Shown here: positions 60,446-64,000 of the stretch, in pieces
How positions within the stretch are numbered: the first letter of the stretch is position 1
How the letters are laid out: each line of letters opens with the position of its first letter
Source: Oculina patagonica
Taxonomy: Eukaryota
Assembly (NCBI RefSeq): GCF_052425735.1
Contig: NC_135760.1
Location: forward strand, 14,012,001-14,076,000
Reading direction: 5' to 3'
DNA length: 64,000 bases
Notes under the pieces: model-generated
Database searches by the model: none
What the model saw: only the letters and a program-made list of their open reading frames with translations
What the model was told of the DNA's origin: nothing
Position numbers and translations under genes: made by a program

Positions 60446-63400
60446 ATGGCGAAAAGAATCCCACCGGACCCAATATATGTTTTACGTGGAACAGAAGCAG
60501 CAATAAATCTCCTCAAGTTTGCACCGAAGTCTGCGAGAGAAGAAGGGCTCCTACTTTCTGGGTATGTACCTATTATGATATAAAATTTATTCATTCCCAC
60601 TATGTGGGAATGAATGAATTTTATTGGGAATCACAGTTAGCACTACTAACTATGTCATAGTTAGTAGTGCTAACTGTGATTCCCAGGCCAAGTTCATTAA
60701 AACTTTAATGAAATAATGTGCGCTTTGATTAAGCTTCTGAAAAATAATAAAAAAACTACTGTTGCTGTTTCAACTGTTACAAAAATTACATTCTAATGTT
60801 TCCCTGGAGAAGGGATTTTTTTGTAGAAAAAGTTTGCTTTTGGGTATATTTGTTGGGGGGGGGGATTTGTTTACGTCATTGTGAAAATGCCTGGGGATTC
60901 CCTGGGGTTTAACCCCCGGGATGGCTGCTGATAAGTGCATAAAGCTTATAATAAATGTGAAAATGCTGTTGATATGTATACAGTATCATAGGATAAGTTG
61001 TTTCTTCAAAAGTGCTTTAGTTCTAATAGTTATGTTTTTTATGGGGTGTTTCGGGGATAATCCCTTCATCAATAGCAGAGTGCATTCAGAACTGTTAAGC
61101 GATAATCCATTGGTTTTGACTAATGAAGGGGTTATTCCTAAAATGTCCTGTGAATATATATTAAGCTAAAAGAACAAAAGCACCTTTGAAGAAACAACTG
61201 CCTTTTAGAGTGCCAGAATGTCCCCACGCACTTAGAAGAATTTCTACCGAGAAAAAAGGAGAAAAAGAGAGAAAAAGAGAGAAATACAGCATATAATAAG
61301 ACTTTACCACCAGATTGTTATATAAACAAGTAATTCAAAACAATAAAAGTATTTAAATCTGCCCTTGAATTTTAAAGGTCTGTTAAAGGAATTATAAGCC
61401 TGTGGAATCTTAAGACAAAAAGAACAGAACTAACCTTGGATGGTCATGATGGACATGGGATTCTTGCTGCAGATTTTCATCCATGTGGAAGCATAATAAG
61501 GTACATTGGATACTGAAGTCTTACAATTTATTTGTAGATCAGTGCATAAGGATAGTGCATTGGCAAAAATTGAAGAATTCATTCTTATCATGTATATTTA
61601 CTATTGCAGCCATGGCCGAGATGGGTATATAAAAACATGGCAGTGTTCTGAAGGAAGATCTGAAGTAGTGAGCAGTATAGCAGCACCTTTTCTTGGATTT
61701 TGCCAGTTTTGTATTTTGTCAAGAGGTATCTGAAATTAATTTGAACAATTACTTCAACTTTAACAATAGTGCTTCATCTAGAAGTAACAACGTACAGGTA
61801 ACATCATATATGTTTTATTACACCTAGAAAATAAATGTTGCATTAACTAATTTTTCAAACCATATGCCTGAAAATATCCATTTAAATTATTTTCCATATA
61901 TTTTAATGTAATATTTGATTAATATAATTAAAAATATTTTATCCTCTATAGGACATAAGTCACATTGGATTGTGCTACCTTCATCTAAACAATCCCAGGT
62001 GAACCAATTCTACACTCATAGATAACTTTGGTCCCAAGAAGTGGAAGTATTGTAAAATTTGCTGTTTTGACAAAAATTAATTGCTCTCTCAATAGTTTGA
62101 TTTGCCACCTATGAAGACCTTTGATATTCTAATTTCTCAGGTGAATATTCTTGATCTGGAATCTAAGGAAGTTCTGTGCTCTTTAAAACCTGAAAATGAA
62201 AAGTCGCTTGGTAAGTGCAATCAATGTCACTGTAAAAAAAAAATTACAGCAGTCTGTGATTATGATCAATTTATTGCAGCTAAAAGTGGCAATGATTTAA
62301 ATTGTTCTTTATAAGGAAACCAACAGTCAATATACAAGGTTCATAAGATGCTGTGTTTTAAGTTTACATTTTGCAAGTTGTGCTCTTTATGTTGATTTAT
62401 TTATTACATCACACTTAAAAGTTGCCAGTATTTTGAACATAGTTTTAGTCTTACATTGAAAGAAGACAACACAGGACTTGTGCAATACTGTTCAATCTTT
62501 CTGATACCAAAACATTTCAATTCTATAAGTTTGTCTCTTTTCTTCTGTTGTCAGGAATGTGCATGTGTTTGTCCATGTTCACCAACCCAATAACAGGCAA
62601 GCCTCTCTTGATCGCAGGCTATGAGAATGGTCAGCTTGTGCTCTGGGATATTGTGGCAGCAAAGGTGCTGAGTACCTGTCTTACTCACTCTGAATCAGGT
62701 TAGTTGCTAATAATATTGTTGCTCACTTTATTTATTTATTTATTCATTTATTTATTTATTTACCAATCACAATTGTTATCCCACTTTTTAAAATACTTTT
62801 AAAAAGACACTAACTGTTATACAGTCAGTTTAAACGCTCCTGAAGAAGGCTGAGATGGCCGAAACGTAAAGTGATAACAGCTAACAAGTCTTAACTGGAG
62901 TTGGTTTCAATTCTGTCTTAAGTCTTCAAGTTTCCATGATCGTTTCCAGTGATTCCCTGTTACAGACTCTGTGGACAGCATTGTTTGTGGTACCCATTAC
63001 AAGAAATCAAATATTATTTTCTATCTTGTATGATTGAGAAATGTGTAAAATGTCTGTGATCATTATCTGCTAAACCACCAAATAGAAGATTTATTTTTGC
63101 AGTACATTTCTCTTGTTATTTAACCATAAAGTGGGGATGTTCCCAAAATAGAATGGAAAAAGCTTGGATAGTCAGTGTTGACAACTTGGAAAAAAAATGA
63201 AGAGAGGTTGAGGCATCAAGATCAAGCACTTGTAACAGAATGGTTTTTTAACTTTCCTCCAAATTGCCCTCTGTAAGTGCCATCTCCTTTAACCTCACAT
63301 GAAGGTGTGGTACAAACTGATTCTGTACACATATATATTACACCTGTGGGATTAATTTTACAAGGTTTAGTCTATCAAGTAATTCTGGTTTTGTTTCTCT

Positions 63401-63503
63401 TTTGTTTATTTTAGTTCTCTGTTTGGATGTAGACAAAGAAAATCTTCAAGTTGTCTCGGGCTCGGCAGACAACAAATTATGCATGTCATCAATAACTCCC
63501 CAG
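60446..63503 (+). CDS. GNB1L: WD40 protein GNB1L/WDR14 (Asa1-like), 3'-incomplete
   Basis: Exons 60446-60561, 61378-61500, 61610-61725, 61952-61998, 62141-62210, 62555-62698, 63415-63503 (phases consistent). PPDPIYVLRG...LLLSGSVKGIISLWNLKTKR...LDGHDG...SHGRDG...GFC...LGMCMCL...LLIAGYENGQLVLWD...VSGSAD follows human GNB1L as recalled. Confidence 0.9.
60580..60685. repeat. Two adjacent inverted repeats
   Basis: 21-bp arms with 1 mismatch at 60580-60624, then perfect 30-bp arms at 60625-60685. Confidence 0.9.
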
Positions 63504-64000
63504 GTTTGTCCAAAGTCAAGTGAAAACTATTTTGCTTGTCACAACATTCAGCTCCAGATTTCTGCAGGATAATGTTTTAAAACAAAAATATATACCGTTA
63601 TATACATGTACAGTATATGACTGAAACAAGGGGCAAAATCATAGAATTATTTTAATTTACATGAGGAACAGCTTGAATGATGTATTTTCAGTATTGAGGC
63701 TTATTGTGCATTAGTCAATTGAAACCCCCGGGGCTTACAGGGGATTTAACGTGTCCAAAGCCGGGATTTAACGTACTTTTAACGGCACGTTGGCCCCGGT
63801 GGGCGGTGGATTTAACAAAATGTCAGTAGACCCGGGCCGTGGAGCGGTGATTTAACAGCACGCAATCACCTGAAGCCGCGACGACAGCCGGGATTTAACA
63901 TGAAGGACTAATTCCAAAGGATAGGTTTATTGCTACTTTGTCGGAGTATTTCGTTTTCTATTTTGGTGATTTTCGTGCCCATGGCTGTTCGATGGGTTGA

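Noticed and set aside
1-64000. CRISPR array, rRNA or prokaryotic operon
   Set aside because: No repeat-spacer structure or rRNA; the sequence is spliceosomal-intron eukaryotic DNA throughout.

Overview
AT-rich, intron-containing animal DNA. Gene content and repeat types point to a cnidarian, probably a stony coral (inference). There are four protein-coding genes. (1) A giant minus-strand secreted mosaic gene: ATG 30625, 21 phase-consistent exons traced to 1307, >2100 aa, running off the left edge. Its order is signal peptide, unknown Cys/beta-repeat domain, galaxin-like CC repeats, VWC, six pentraxin domains, then at least three modules resembling the biomphalysin 'small lobe'. (2) A two-exon class A GPCR with a tRNA-Lys(UUU) in its intron. 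(3) A complete 9-exon DGCR8/Pasha gene. (4) The 5' part of GNB1L, head-to-head with DGCR8; both genes lie in the human 22q11.2 interval. Two near-identical, very young Ty3/Gypsy (Mag-like) LTR retrotransposons sit in inverted orientation at 8411-12810 and 36758-41162. Both carry LLDN in place of the RT catalytic YxDD motif. The rest is MITEs, tRNA-derived SINEs, LINE and Penelope remnants, microsatellites and one 161-N gap. Family assignments come from motif recognition and recall, not database searches.
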